This document shows, in pieces, positions 11,197 through 21,019 of a stretch of 64,000 bases of DNA. The notes below the pieces were generated by a model. It saw nothing but the letters and a program-made list of their open reading frames with translations, was not told where the DNA came from and made no database searches. Source of the stretch: Thermoanaerobaculia bacterium (GTDB lineage: Bacteria; Acidobacteriota; Thermoanaerobaculia; UBA5066); NCBI GenBank assembly GCA_963719225.1, contig CAVRAY010000001.1, forward strand, positions 736,001 through 800,000. The letters are read 5' to 3'. A program made the translations under genes and the position numbers. The first letter of the stretch is position 1. The number at the start of each line of letters is the position of its first letter.

Positions 11197-11299
11197 GCCG
11201 CTCGACGTTCTTCATCTGCGCCTCCCAGCCCTGCGCGTTCATGCGGAAGGCCTCCGCCCGCCGCGCCGCCGGGATCGCGTCGGTGCTCGAAGCCGACAT
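11180..11299 (-). pseudogene. Internally deleted SRPBCC (START-like) gene, 39 aa
   Basis: MSASSTD is fused directly to AIPAARRAEAFRMNAQGWEAQMKNVERHV, which resembles the C-terminal helix of ArsR-linked SRPBCC proteins; it overlaps the arsR start. Confidence 0.7.
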
Positions 11300-11321
11300 A
11301 TGCAACCTCCAGGTTGCATAT
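11298..11321. promoter_or_regulatory. Probable ArsR-family operator
   Basis: Perfect 11-bp inverted repeat ATATGCAACCT-CC-AGGTTGCATAT abutting the first start codon of the operon. Confidence 0.75.
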
Positions 11322-11357
11322 TGAGCGGCCGCGCATCCGATGTCAAGAACCCCGAAA

Positions 11358-11777
11358 TCAGCGGTCGCGCGAGCGGCCCAGGATCCGCATGAGGAGAGCG
11401 ACGCCCGCGCCCCAGGCGCCGTTCAGGAGGAGCGCGCCGACGAGAAGGTCCGGCTTCCAGCCGCCGCCGACGGGCTGTCCTTTGAGCGGCAAGACGATGA
11501 AGAGCGCGACGAGGGTGGGGAGGATCGCCCCGAGAACGACCGCGAGGAGCCAGTGACGCGGCCCCGAGACGCCGCGGATCATCAGCCAGAGAGCGATTCC
11601 CCAGAGCCCGCCCCAGAAGGCGAGCGAGATCACCGACGGGACTCCGAGCGGCGGGACTGGGGTCATGACCCACGGCTTGCGAGTCGTCGCTCCGCTCGCA
11701 TGAAGAACGGCGAGCACGCCCTGGTGAAAGACGAGCGTCGAGAGGAAACCGGCGAGGAAAGCCTTCACGTTCGTCAT
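11358..11777 (-). CDS. Hypothetical 4-TM membrane protein
   Basis: Four hydrophobic segments; [19 protein letters not shown]. Confidence 0.75.
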   Translation of the reverse strand: MTNVKAFLAGFLSTLVFHQGVLAVLHASGATTRKPWVMTPVPPLGVPSVISLAFWGGLWGIALWLMIRGVSGPRHWLLAVVLGAILPTLVALFIVLPLKGQPVGGGWKPDLLVGALLLNGAWGAGVALLMRILGRSRDR

Positions 11778-11849
11778 CCGTCGACTCTATCGCACGGTCC
11801 GCGGATTGCATCCAGATCGGCGCTCAAATTTCTTTGTAAGGAGTTCTTC

Positions 11850-12815
11850 ATGGCGAGCAAAAGGCGGACCTCGGCAGGTTTCACGCTCATCGAGCTCCTC
11901 GTCGTCATCGCGATCATCGCGATCCTGATCAGCCTGCTCCTCCCGGCGGTGCAGAAAGTCCGCGAGGCCGCCCGGAATGCGCAGATGAAGACCGAGCTGG
12001 CGACCGACATCTGCGCCGGCTTCAATTCCTTTTTCGAAAGGTATGGCGTCTATCCGCCCGACCTCGACGACCCGCGTCTGCCCGCTTTCATGCCGGGGGG
12101 CAAGTCCGTCCAGACACTGGCCAACGATCTGAATTTCACGCTCTCTTACGAGGTGACACAGGCGGCCGATCAATCCCCGGCGAACTTCCTGCTCTGCGCC
12201 ACGGAAATGAACGCCACCCTCGAGTTCTGCACCGACAAGACCTGCGTCGTCACGACCGTCGGGCAAGCGAGTCAGTCCGTCGATGCGGCCAGGCTGGAGT
12301 TTTCTCTTGCGCTCGCCGCGAAGACCGTGACCCCGATCCTGCTCGCGCATCCCGAGCTGATTCCGCAGGTCCGTCCTTTCCTAATGCAGGCCGACATCGT
12401 CGATCAGGTATTCAAGACGCTCGATCTCAACGGAGACGAGGTCCTGACCCTCGACGAGATGCTTCAGAACCCCTTCATCGCTCCCTTCGCCGACTTCCTG
12501 AGGACGCCCGGCTTCTTCGGTCCCCAGATCGACGCGCAGATCGAGGTCCGGAGCACCGATCTCGCAGGCGATCCGAAGTTCCTGTTCTCGTACGAGTCTC
12601 TGCGGATCCTTTCCGCCTTCTACGTCAAGAACCACGGTATCGCGCACGCGCTCATCGTCAAGCTGGACGCCGCCGAGGCGGCGGAAGCGCGCGGCGACCT
12701 CCACGCGAAGGCCGGGGAGCTCAGGGCGTTCGCGAACCTGGTGCGCGCGCAGTCGGGCAAGGCCCTCCCCGCGGTCCAGGCGCAGGCGCTCATGACGCTC
12801 GTTCAGACGCTCTGA
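11850..12815 (+). CDS. Prepilin-type N-terminal methylation domain protein with EF-hand-like loop
   Basis: G|[31 protein letters not shown]; [12 protein letters not shown] loop; RBS TAAGGAG. Confidence 0.85.
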   Translation: MASKRRTSAGFTLIELLVVIAIIAILISLLLPAVQKVREAARNAQMKTELATDICAGFNSFFERYGVYPPDLDDPRLPAFMPGGKSVQTLANDLNFTLSYEVTQAADQSPANFLLCATEMNATLEFCTDKTCVVTTVGQASQSVDAARLEFSLALAAKTVTPILLAHPELIPQVRPFLMQADIVDQVFKTLDLNGDEVLTLDEMLQNPFIAPFADFLRTPGFFGPQIDAQIEVRSTDLAGDPKFLFSYESLRILSAFYVKNHGIAHALIVKLDAAEAAEARGDLHAKAGELRAFANLVRAQSGKALPAVQAQALMTLVQTL

Positions 12816-12880
12816 GAGACTAGAATCCGCCCGAAACCTGCCTGACGCTTCGCGTGACGGTGCGTGGAGGGCCTCGCCTG

Positions 12881-15800
12881 ATGGGAAAGCTCGCGGCTCT
12901 TTGTGTGGCCCTCGGCCTGGCCACGCCTGCGTGGGTCCTCGAGGGTGCCGAAGCGGCCGCGTCGCCGGGAAACGTCGATCCCGCGCTTTTCTCGGCGCTT
13001 CGGTGGCGCTCGATCGGCCCTTTCCGGGGCGGGCGCGTCCTCGCCGTGGCCGGCGTGCCCGGCGAGCCGGCGCACTTCTACTTCGGCGGCGTCAACGGCG
13101 GCGTGTGGGAGACGAACGACGCCGGTTGGACATGGAAGCCGATCTTCGATGCCCAGCCGATCGGTTCCATCGGCGCGCTCGCCCTGGCGCCTTCGAATCC
13201 GAAGGTCCTCTACGTCGGGACGGGCGAAGCCGACATGCGCTCCGACATCGCCCAGGGCGACGGAATGTACAAATCCGTCGACGGCGGAAGGACGTTCGCG
13301 CACATCGGGCTCGGCGACTCACAGCAGATCGGGAGGATCCTGGTCGACCCGCGCGACGCGGACCGGGTTCTCGTCGCGGCTCTCGGCCATCCCTACGGTC
13401 CCAACACCGAACGCGGCGTCTTTCTCTCGCGCGACGGAGGCCGGGTGTGGCAGCGCGTGCTCTACCGGGACGAGAATACGGGCGCGATCGATCTCGCGTT
13501 CAAGCCCGGAGATCCCCGCATCGTCTACGCGGCCCTGTGGCAGACGCGCCGGCCGCCTTGGAACGTCTATCCACCTTCGAGCGGGCCGGGCAGCAGCCTG
13601 TACAAGTCCACGGACGGCGGCGGCACCTGGACCCAGATCCGCGGGGGCGGCTTCCCCGAAAGTCCCGGCCGCATCGGCCTCGCGGCGGCGCCGAGCCGGC
13701 CCGAGCGCATCTACGCCATGGTCGACGCAGAGAAGGGCGGGCTCTACCGCTCCGACGACGATGGCGCGACCTGGACGCACGCGAGCGGCGACGGACGGAT
13801 CTGGGGGCGCGGCTGGTATTTCGGCGGGATCACGGTCGAGCCGCAAAACGCGGACGTCGTCTACGCGGGCAACACGTCGCTCTACCGATCCGGGGACGCG
13901 GGCCGCACGTTCGCGCCGGTGAGGGGCGCTCCGGGCGGCGACGATTACCACGAGCTCTGGATCGACCCCGTGAACCCCGAGCGCCGCATCCTCGGGGTCG
14001 ACCAGGGCGCGCTCGTGTCGCTGAACGGCGGCGAGACCTGGAGCTCCTGGTACAACCAGCCGACCGGACAGTTCTACCGCATCGCGACGGACAAGCGCTT
14101 CCCCTATCGGGTGTACGGCTCGCAGCAGGACTCGGGTGCCGCCGCGGTCCCGAGCCGCACGAATCTGCACGACGGCATCAACCTGACACAGCTTCAGATG
14201 ATCACGGCCGGCGGAGAGAACGATTCGATCGCCCCCGATCCGGCCGATCCCGAGATCATCTTCGGGGGTCGCGTCGCGAAGCTCGACCTCCGAAGCTTCC
14301 AGACGCAGACGCTCGATCCCACCCTCGCGTTTCCAGGACGTCATCGTTCCGTCTGGACGCTGCCTCTCGTCTTCTCGCGGCGCGATCCCCACGTGCTCTA
14401 TTTCGCCCATCAAGAGCTCTTCCGCACCGCGGATGGCGGCAAGAGCTGGAAGAGGATCAGCCCGGACCTCACCCGGGAGGACGCCGGCGCGCCGCCGAAC
14501 CTCGATCCGGCGACGGCGGCGTGGGACGGGGGAACCGGCAGGCGAAGGGGCGTCATCTACACGATCGCGCCCTCGCGCGTGGCCGATCGGGACATCTGGG
14601 TCGGGACGGACGACGGCCTGATCTGGCGCACCCGCGACGAGGGCGTCAACTGGTCCGATGTGACGCCCGCGGCGCTCGGCGCCTGGTCGAAGGTCACGAT
14701 GCTCGAGGTGTCTCACACCGAAAGAGACACCGCCTGGGCCGCGGTCGACCGGCATCGGCTCGACGATTTCACGCCGTACATCCATCGAACGACGGACGGC
14801 GGAAAGAGCTGGACGCCCGCGGCGAATGGGATCCCCCGGGGCAGCTTCGTCAATGCCGTGCGCGAGGACCCGGTCCGCCCCGGCCTCCTCTACGCCGGCA
14901 CCGAGAAGGGCGTGGTCGTCTCGTTCGACGGCGGCAGCTCGTGGCAGTCCCTCCAGCTCAACCTGCCCGTGACGTCGGTGCGCGACATCGACGTGCACGG
15001 AGACGACGTCGTGATCGCGACTCACGGCCGCGCCCTCTGGATCCTGGACGACGTCACGCCGCTCCGGCAGGCCGACGCTGCCCTCGCGGGCGAGGACGCC
15101 TGGCTCTTCACACCCGCGACAGCCGTGCGCGTCCGGCCGGCGGGATTCACGGGCACGCCCATGCCGAAGGACGAGCCGATGTCTGAGAATCCGCCGCTCG
15201 GCGCGACGCTCGACTACGTGCTTCGCCGCGAGCCCTCGGGACCCGTGACGCTCGACATCCTCGACGACAAGGGCGAGCTCGTGCGCCGTTACAGCAGCAC
15301 CGACAAGCTCCCGGAGCCGAGCCGCGAAGAGCGCCGTCTGTCTCCCGAGTGGCTCGAGCCTCCCGCTGTGCTTCCCGCGACGCCTGGGATGCACCGCTTC
15401 GTGTGGCCTCTTCGCTACCCGGCTCCGCCGGCGCTCGGCGAGGGAAGCACGTTCGCCCACGGGGTCTGGGCGCCGCCCGGCCGTTACACCGTCGAGCTGA
15501 CCGCCGACGGACACCGCGTCAAGCGGCCGCTCGTCGTCGAGCCCGACCCGCGGGTCGTGCTGGAACCTGACGCGTACATCCGTCAGTTCGAGCTGGCGCG
15601 GCGCGTGGAGCGGGCGCGTGAGTCGGTCGCTCTCGCGATGAAGGAAGCCGTGGCGCTGCACAAGCAGCTCGTGACGCGGGTCGCCACCCTGCCCGCCCCC
15701 GCCCCGCCGGCTGCCGCGTCGCGAGCCGCCGCCGCGCGACCCGGCAGTCCCGCCGTTCCCCTGTCCCGCGCGATGACGGACCTCGATGCCGATGTGCAGG

Positions 15801-16411
15801 CGCTCTCCGAACACGAAGAGTCGAGCCCGCGAGCCGTCCCCCCGCCCCCGAAAAGCCTTTCCAGCCTGCGATTCCTCCAGAGCGCGCTCGCGAAGATGGC
15901 TTCGGCCGTGGACGGCGCGAACGCGGATCCGACTCCCGACGCACGGGCGGGATTCGCCGCGCTGGAAGACACGGTCACGAAAGCGCTCGCCTCCTGGAAC
16001 GCTCTGAAACAGGCGAAGCTCGCCGCCCTGAACGCGAAGCTGCGTCAGGCCGGCGAGCCCCCGATCGGTTTGTCGTCGAAAGGCGAGACCGACCCATGGG
16101 CGAGACCGGCCCCCTCGTTCGGAACGTCTCGGACACCGCCCTCTGGGTCGCCGTGTATCGCGCGCGCGAGACGGAACGCCCCGACGCGCTCTTCCGGGAT
16201 CCCTGGGCGCGGAAGCTTTCCGGCGCCCGCGGCGAAGAGATCGCGGCCGCGATGCCGTTCTCGGACAAGGCGACGTGGGCCTGGGTGGCACGCACGGTGC
16301 TCTTCGACGCGTTCATCGAGGAACAGATCCGCGCGGGAGCGGATCTCGTCGTCAACCTCGCGTCAGGTCTCGATGCGAGGCCGTACCGCATGGCGCTGCC
16401 GCCGTCCTTGA
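12881..16411 (+). CDS. Exported VPS10/BNR-repeat (sortilin-like) glycosyl hydrolase; C-terminal ~110 aa probably spurious
   Basis: Signal peptide, WRSIGPFRGGR, many S-x-D-G-G-x-T-W Asp boxes. The plausible protein ends near 16070, yet the frame runs on over the next gene. Confidence 0.85.
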   Translation: MGKLAALCVALGLATPAWVLEGAEAAASPGNVDPALFSALRWRSIGPFRGGRVLAVAGVPGEPAHFYFGGVNGGVWETNDAGWTWKPIFDAQPIGSIGALALAPSNPKVLYVGTGEADMRSDIAQGDGMYKSVDGGRTFAHIGLGDSQQIGRILVDPRDADRVLVAALGHPYGPNTERGVFLSRDGGRVWQRVLYRDENTGAIDLAFKPGDPRIVYAALWQTRRPPWNVYPPSSGPGSSLYKSTDGGGTWTQIRGGGFPESPGRIGLAAAPSRPERIYAMVDAEKGGLYRSDDDGATWTHASGDGRIWGRGWYFGGITVEPQNADVVYAGNTSLYRSGDAGRTFAPVRGAPGGDDYHELWIDPVNPERRILGVDQGALVSLNGGETWSSWYNQPTGQFYRIATDKRFPYRVYGSQQDSGAAAVPSRTNLHDGINLTQLQMITAGGENDSIAPDPADPEIIFGGRVAKLDLRSFQTQTLDPTLAFPGRHRSVWTLPLVFSRRDPHVLYFAHQELFRTADGGKSWKRISPDLTREDAGAPPNLDPATAAWDGGTGRRRGVIYTIAPSRVADRDIWVGTDDGLIWRTRDEGVNWSDVTPAALGAWSKVTMLEVSHTERDTAWAAVDRHRLDDFTPYIHRTTDGGKSWTPAANGIPRGSFVNAVREDPVRPGLLYAGTEKGVVVSFDGGSSWQSLQLNLPVTSVRDIDVHGDDVVIATHGRALWILDDVTPLRQADAALAGEDAWLFTPATAVRVRPAGFTGTPMPKDEPMSENPPLGATLDYVLRREPSGPVTLDILDDKGELVRRYSSTDKLPEPSREERRLSPEWLEPPAVLPATPGMHRFVWPLRYPAPPALGEGSTFAHGVWAPPGRYTVELTADGHRVKRPLVVEPDPRVVLEPDAYIRQFELARRVERARESVALAMKEAVALHKQLVTRVATLPAPAPPAAASRAAAARPGSPAVPLSRAMTDLDADVQALSEHEESSPRAVPPPPKSLSSLRFLQSALAKMASAVDGANADPTPDARAGFAALEDTVTKALASWNALKQAKLAALNAKLRQAGEPPIGLSSKGETDPWARPAPSFGTSRTPPSGSPCIARARRNAPTRSSGIPGRGSFPAPAAKRSRPRCRSRTRRRGPGWHARCSSTRSSRNRSARERISSSTSRQVSMRGRTAWRCRRP

Positions 16412-16615
16412 AGTGGGTCGAGGTCGATCTGCCCGGAATCCTCGCGTACAAGGAGGAGATCCTCGCCGGCGAGAAGCCCGTCTGCTCTCTCGAGCGCGTG
16501 CGCCTCGACCTGAATGACGCGGCCGCCCGCCGCGATCTCTTCGAACGGCTGGGAAAGACCGCGCTCCTGGGCTCGCGGCCCCTGGTCGGGCGTGTGCCTT
16601 CTCGAGAGGGCGTGA
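16096..16615 (+). pseudogene. Leucine-carboxyl-methyltransferase-like SAM methyltransferase, internally deleted and frameshifted
   Basis: VSDTALWVAVYRARE...LASGLDARPYR...EVDLP is intact, then jumps to a C-terminal-like tail PWSGVCLLERA* in the +1 frame (stop 16613-16615). Confidence 0.7.
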
Positions 16616-16633
16616 GGAGGCGGACGGAGGGTA

Positions 16634-17029
16634 CTAGGCCCCTTCGTCGAGCGCGTGGCGTAGAAGGCCGGGCATTGGGAAGTCCTTCGCGTTGTCCGTC
16701 ACGAGCACGAGACCGTGTGTCAGGGCGGCGGCGGCGATCAGGCAGTCCGGCAGCGCCAGCGTCCTGCCGCGAGTCGCCCACTCGCGGCGCAGGGTACCCG
16801 CCTTTTCAGCCAGGTCGCGCGTGATGTCGTAGTGCTCGAGGCTGGCGAGGAGAGCCACGGTCGGGCCTCGCTCCTTCGGGCGCATGCCCGCGAACACTTC
16901 GGCGACATTGATCGCCGTGCACGCGAGGAGGTGCCCGTCCGCCAAGAAGCGCTCCACCATCTCGATCCGCCGCCGGACGCCACGGAGGACGTCGATGATG
17001 ACGGACGTATCGAGCAGATACGTGCTCAA
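16634..17029 (-). CDS. vapC: PIN-domain toxin (VapC family)
   Basis: YLLDTSVIID, AEV, PDCLIAA, VTDN..DF acidic residues. Confidence 0.92.
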   Translation of the reverse strand: MSTYLLDTSVIIDVLRGVRRRIEMVERFLADGHLLACTAINVAEVFAGMRPKERGPTVALLASLEHYDITRDLAEKAGTLRREWATRGRTLALPDCLIAAAALTHGLVLVTDNAKDFPMPGLLRHALDEGA

Positions 17030-17307
17030 CTGGGCTTGCGGGATGCGCGCACGAAGCGCCGCTCCCCCTCGGCGCGCACCTTACGGATCCAGGCGGTCAC
17101 GCCTCTGCGGTATTCGGGGTGATCCTCGCTTCGCCACGAACCCGCCGCTGCCTTCACGGATTTCGCTTGCTCGAGGCGGCGCAGCTCGCGCTCGGCGGCC
17201 TGGACGATGAACCAACTCCGCCGCCGCTTTCCGACCTGGGCGTCGATCGCGGAAACCACCTTCGAAGGAATGACGACGTGCGTGCGTTTCGTAGAGCCGC
17301 TTGTCAT
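17026..17307 (-). CDS. Antitoxin with ribbon-helix-helix (VapB-like)
   Basis: KRTHVVIP strand plus helices; 4-nt overlap with vapC. Confidence 0.8.
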   Translation of the reverse strand: MTSGSTKRTHVVIPSKVVSAIDAQVGKRRRSWFIVQAAERELRRLEQAKSVKAAAGSWRSEDHPEYRRGVTAWIRKVRAEGERRFVRASRKPS

Positions 17308-17324
17308 GGCCTTCAATCCTCCGT

Positions 17325-17350
17325 CCCACTCGATGTTAACAGGTTGTGGG
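17325..17350. promoter_or_regulatory. Probable vapBC autoregulatory operator/promoter
   Basis: Interrupted palindrome CCCAC-N4-TGTTAACA-N4-GTGGG over an extended -10 (TG-T-TAACAT, minus strand). Confidence 0.55.
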
Positions 17351-17383
17351 CCTCTCGCGCGTCTCTCCCCGACGGCCCGCGCG

Positions 17384-19555
17384 TCAGTGCGTCGCCCGGG
17401 GCGCGCGCAGCCGGTCGGTCGAGAGCGGGACCCCGAGCTGCGAGAGCAGGAACGCGTCGACGTCCGTGTAGAGCTCGACGAGATCCTTCACGCCCGCTCC
17501 GATTCCGCCGTGGCCGGTGCTGCCGCTCGTGCGCAGGAGCACCGTCGCTTTCGGGTCCGCCGCCTGCAGGCGCGCGACCATCTTCCGCGACTGCATCGGG
17601 TCCACGCGCGGGTCATTCGCTCCCGTGGGCATGAGGACCGCGGGATAGCGCGTCTTGTCCCGGACGTGGTGGTAGGGCGAGTACGCGTACAGCGCCCTGA
17701 ACTGCTCGGGGACCTTCACGGTGCCGAACTCCACGGTGTTGAACTGGCCGTTCGCGGAGGTCTCGACGCGGAGCATGTCGTAGATGCCGACGTGGGAGAC
17801 GACGGCCCGGAACAGCTTCGGCGCTTGCGTGAGCGCCGCGCCCATCAGGAGGCCGCCGTTCGAGCCGCCCTCGATCGCGAGCTTGCCGGGGTTCGTGATC
17901 TTCAGCTCGATGAGCCGGCGCGCGCAGGCGAGGAAGTCGTCGAAGACGTTCTGCTTCTTCGTGAGACGGCCTGCGTCGTGCCACTCCTCCCCGAACTCGC
18001 CTCCCCCGCGCAGGATCGTGAAGACCTTGACGACGCCGCGCTCCGTGAGGACGTGCGCGAGGTCGCTGTAATGGGGCGTTTGCGAGATCCCGAAGCCGCC
18101 GTACCCGGTCAGGACGACCGGGTTTCGGGAGTCTCTCTTCGTGCCCTTCCGCTGAAGGATGAACATGGGAACGCGCGTGCCGTCCTTCGAGAGAGCGCTC
18201 TCTTCCAGGACCTCTGCGTCCGAGAAGTCCGCGACCGGCTTGCGCGCGGCAACCGTGCGCGTCGCGCTCTTCGTCACCGGGTCATACGCGTAGCCGGTCT
18301 TGGGCTCCAGAAAGCTCGAGACGCCGTAGAACAGACGGTCGCCGTCGAGCGGCCGAAGATCCTCGGCGGCGGAGGCCGCGGGAGTTGGCACCTCCTCGAG
18401 GGCGTTTCCGTCGAGGTCGTAGGCGCGGACGCGGCTCTTCCCACCGAGCGCCTCGATCGCATAGAGGCGGGATCGGGTCGGCGCGATGGCCTCGATAACT
18501 CCCGCGCGCTGGTCGAGGACGAGGCGCGCGGCCGCGAGCGTGGGATTCCGGGCGGGAATCCGGAGGACGCGTCTCCTCGGCGCGCCCTTCTTCGAGATCG
18601 TCCAGATGGAACCGTCCCGGCCGAAGCGCGCGTCGATGAGACCGTCCGCGAACGTGCTCAGGGGCTGCCAGGTCGTGGCGCCGTCGGGCAGGAAATAGAC
18701 GGCGTAATCCCCGCTGTCCCCGTTCTGCACGAGGGCGAGGTGAAGCCGTCCGTCCTCGCTGGCGCGAAGGGTGATCTCGGCGATGCGGGGGAGCTCCTTC
18801 CCCATCGAATACCGGTCCTCTCCGGCCGGCGTGCCGAGCGTGTGGAAGAAGACCTGCTGGAAAAAGTCGAGGTCTTCCTTCGGACGCTCGCCTTCGTGGG
18901 GATAGCGCGTGTAAAAGAAGCCTCTGGAGTCTGCGGTCCAGGCGACGCTCCCTCCGGCGGTGCCGTTTTGCGCTCGTGGAATGACGTCGCCGGTCTCCCG
19001 GGCCGTGGCGACGTCGTACACGTGGAGCGTGCCTGCCTCGCTTCCGCCTTCCGAGAGAGAGACGGCGAGCTTTTCGCCGTCGGGCGACGGCACGAACCAA
19101 TCGAACGCCGTGTGGCCGGCCGGATCGACGACGTTCGGATCGACGAGCGTCCGCATCCCTTCCGTGCTCGTGAGCGAGGGAAGGAGGACGATCCACGGCT
19201 GCTGCTTGCGGGCCGGATCGAGACAGACGGCGAAGAACCTGCCGGCCTGCGGCACGATGCCGGCGATCGAGGCGGGCCGGGCCGTCAGCAAATGCTCGAT
19301 TCGCGCTCGAAGAGCGTCGCGGCCCTGCAGATGATCGAGGATCGCACGCGCGCGGGCGTTCTGGGCGTCGCTCCACGCCTGTACCTTCGGATCGTCTCCG
19401 TTCTCGAGCCAGCGGTAATTGTCGACGACGCGGACGCCGTGGTACGCGTCCGACACGGGGACTTTCGGCGTGGCGGGTTGGGCCGCGAGCGCGGACGAGG
19501 CTGCGAAAGACAGAGACGCCACGGTGACGAGCAGGTGGTGTTTCACGCCGCCCAT
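17384..19555 (-). CDS. Prolyl oligopeptidase (S9A), exported
   Basis: YRWLE, GYGGF, GGSNGGLL, DPRV, GHG; signal peptide. Start is ATG 19555 or GTG 19546. Confidence 0.93.
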   Translation of the reverse strand: MGGVKHHLLVTVASLSFAASSALAAQPATPKVPVSDAYHGVRVVDNYRWLENGDDPKVQAWSDAQNARARAILDHLQGRDALRARIEHLLTARPASIAGIVPQAGRFFAVCLDPARKQQPWIVLLPSLTSTEGMRTLVDPNVVDPAGHTAFDWFVPSPDGEKLAVSLSEGGSEAGTLHVYDVATARETGDVIPRAQNGTAGGSVAWTADSRGFFYTRYPHEGERPKEDLDFFQQVFFHTLGTPAGEDRYSMGKELPRIAEITLRASEDGRLHLALVQNGDSGDYAVYFLPDGATTWQPLSTFADGLIDARFGRDGSIWTISKKGAPRRRVLRIPARNPTLAAARLVLDQRAGVIEAIAPTRSRLYAIEALGGKSRVRAYDLDGNALEEVPTPAASAAEDLRPLDGDRLFYGVSSFLEPKTGYAYDPVTKSATRTVAARKPVADFSDAEVLEESALSKDGTRVPMFILQRKGTKRDSRNPVVLTGYGGFGISQTPHYSDLAHVLTERGVVKVFTILRGGGEFGEEWHDAGRLTKKQNVFDDFLACARRLIELKITNPGKLAIEGGSNGGLLMGAALTQAPKLFRAVVSHVGIYDMLRVETSANGQFNTVEFGTVKVPEQFRALYAYSPYHHVRDKTRYPAVLMPTGANDPRVDPMQSRKMVARLQAADPKATVLLRTSGSTGHGGIGAGVKDLVELYTDVDAFLLSQLGVPLSTDRLRAPRATH

Positions 19556-19614
19556 CGTATCGGACCTCCGGAACAAATCACCGTCTGTCCGCCCGGCTGA
19601 AGCGTTGAGGCGCC

Positions 19615-20019
19615 CTACTTGACCGGCGTCGTCAGCGGCTTCCCTTTCTCGGCGACGAACACGGCATTCAGCTTCGCGGTGACGCTGCCGTTGTTGATCG
19701 CCTGGTGAACCTTGCCTTGCGGGATGTGAAAGACGTCGCCGGCCTTCAGCGTCGCCGTGGGATTGCCTTCGAGCTCGAGCAACACCGTGCCCTCCTGTAC
19801 GAACGCATAGACCTCGGCGGGGTGCGTGTGTTTCCCTTCCGCCGACCCGGGAGGCGGTTCCACGAGGGCCATGACGGCCTCGCGGCCCGGAATGCTCGTG
19901 TCCTGCTTCAGGACAATGTTTCGTTTGACCTGTGCGGGTGGCTGGGCGTCGAGCGCCAGCACTCCGGCGATTCCAACGGCGACGGCGAACGCGACCGATT
20001 TCGATTTCATGGCATTCAT
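19615..20019 (-). CDS. Exported cupin domain protein
   Basis: HTHP..E and GKVH cupin motifs; signal peptide; RBS GGAG. Confidence 0.85.
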   Translation of the reverse strand: MNAMKSKSVAFAVAVGIAGVLALDAQPPAQVKRNIVLKQDTSIPGREAVMALVEPPPGSAEGKHTHPAEVYAFVQEGTVLLELEGNPTATLKAGDVFHIPQGKVHQAINNGSVTAKLNAVFVAEKGKPLTTPVK

Positions 20020-20110
20020 GACGGCTCCTTCCTGTTCGGGAAAACGGCCTCGACTCACAGGTTTGGCTCGATGGGCGGCAAATGCAACGGGATCGCATGC
20101 CGAGAGTAAA

Positions 20111-21019
20111 TCAAGGCGGGAAGGTGCCGCCGAGGAATTCCGCGGCGACGTCGGCCGGCCGGCGGTGCTTTCCGACCACCTGGGCGTTGAGCTTCTGCAT
20201 GGTCGCCGTCGTGAGCTTTCCGGTGAGCTCCTCGAGCGCGGCGCGCACCCTCGGCTCCTTCGAAATGGACTCCTCGCGCGCGACGAAGGCGGCCTCGTAA
20301 GGGGGGAAGTACTTCTTGTCGTCTTCGAGCACCTTGAAATCCCGCTCGGCGAGGAGGCCGTCGGTGGAATTCCCGGCCACGAGGTCGACCTGCCCCTGCA
20401 CGAGCGCGGCGTAGAGGAGGCCGAGGTCCATCGTCTTGGGCGTCCCTTCGAGGGGCAGCGCGTAGGTCTTCTGAAGTCCGGCGAGGCCGTCGGGGCGGCG
20501 CAGGAACTCGTAGCCCACGCCGAGCACCCAGCCTTTCTTTCTTTGCGCGGCCTGGCTCAGCGTCGCGATGCCCGAGCTCCGTGCGTCCGCGCCACGGATG
20601 ACCATCGCGAACGTGTCGTTGAAGCCGAGCGGGAAGAGCCAGACGAGCTTCCATCGCGCGCGGTATTCCCTCGCGACGGTGTCGAAGACGGCCTTCGGAT
20701 CGGTCGCGGCGGGGAGCTTCAGGATCGCCGTGAGCGCGGTGCCCGTGTACTCCGGATAGAGGTCGATCTCTCCGGCGACGAGCGCCTCGTGCGCGAGCAG
20801 CGTGCCGCCGATGTCGAGCTTGCGCGTGACCCGCGTCCCGAGCCGCCTCTCGAGCTGCTGTGCCGCGATCTCGCCGAGGATCTCCTGCTCCGTGAAGTTC
20901 TTCGACCCGACGACGAGCGTCCGCCCACGCGCGCAGCCCGTCAGCCCCGTGCCGCAAGCTGCCGCGAGCGCGACCAAGAGTCCGGCCGCTATTGCCAGGC
21001 GAATCGTCGTTCGATCCAT
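20111..21019 (-). CDS. Osmoprotectant ABC transporter substrate-binding lipoprotein
   Basis: VGSKNFTEQEILGE, YPEYTGT, DDKKYFPPY; lipobox. Confidence 0.92.
   Translation of the reverse strand: MDRTTIRLAIAAGLLVALAAACGTGLTGCARGRTLVVGSKNFTEQEILGEIAAQQLERRLGTRVTRKLDIGGTLLAHEALVAGEIDLYPEYTGTALTAILKLPAATDPKAVFDTVAREYRARWKLVWLFPLGFNDTFAMVIRGADARSSGIATLSQAAQRKKGWVLGVGYEFLRRPDGLAGLQKTYALPLEGTPKTMDLGLLYAALVQGQVDLVAGNSTDGLLAERDFKVLEDDKKYFPPYEAAFVAREESISKEPRVRAALEELTGKLTTATMQKLNAQVVGKHRRPADVAAEFLGGTFPP

Noticed and set aside
4658-19600. Very long alternative-frame or antisense ORFs (e.g. 4658-7531, 12901-15186, 13319-16291, 17207-19600)
   Set aside because: These are Arg/Gly/Pro-rich shadows of real genes, expected at this GC content, and carry no family motifs.
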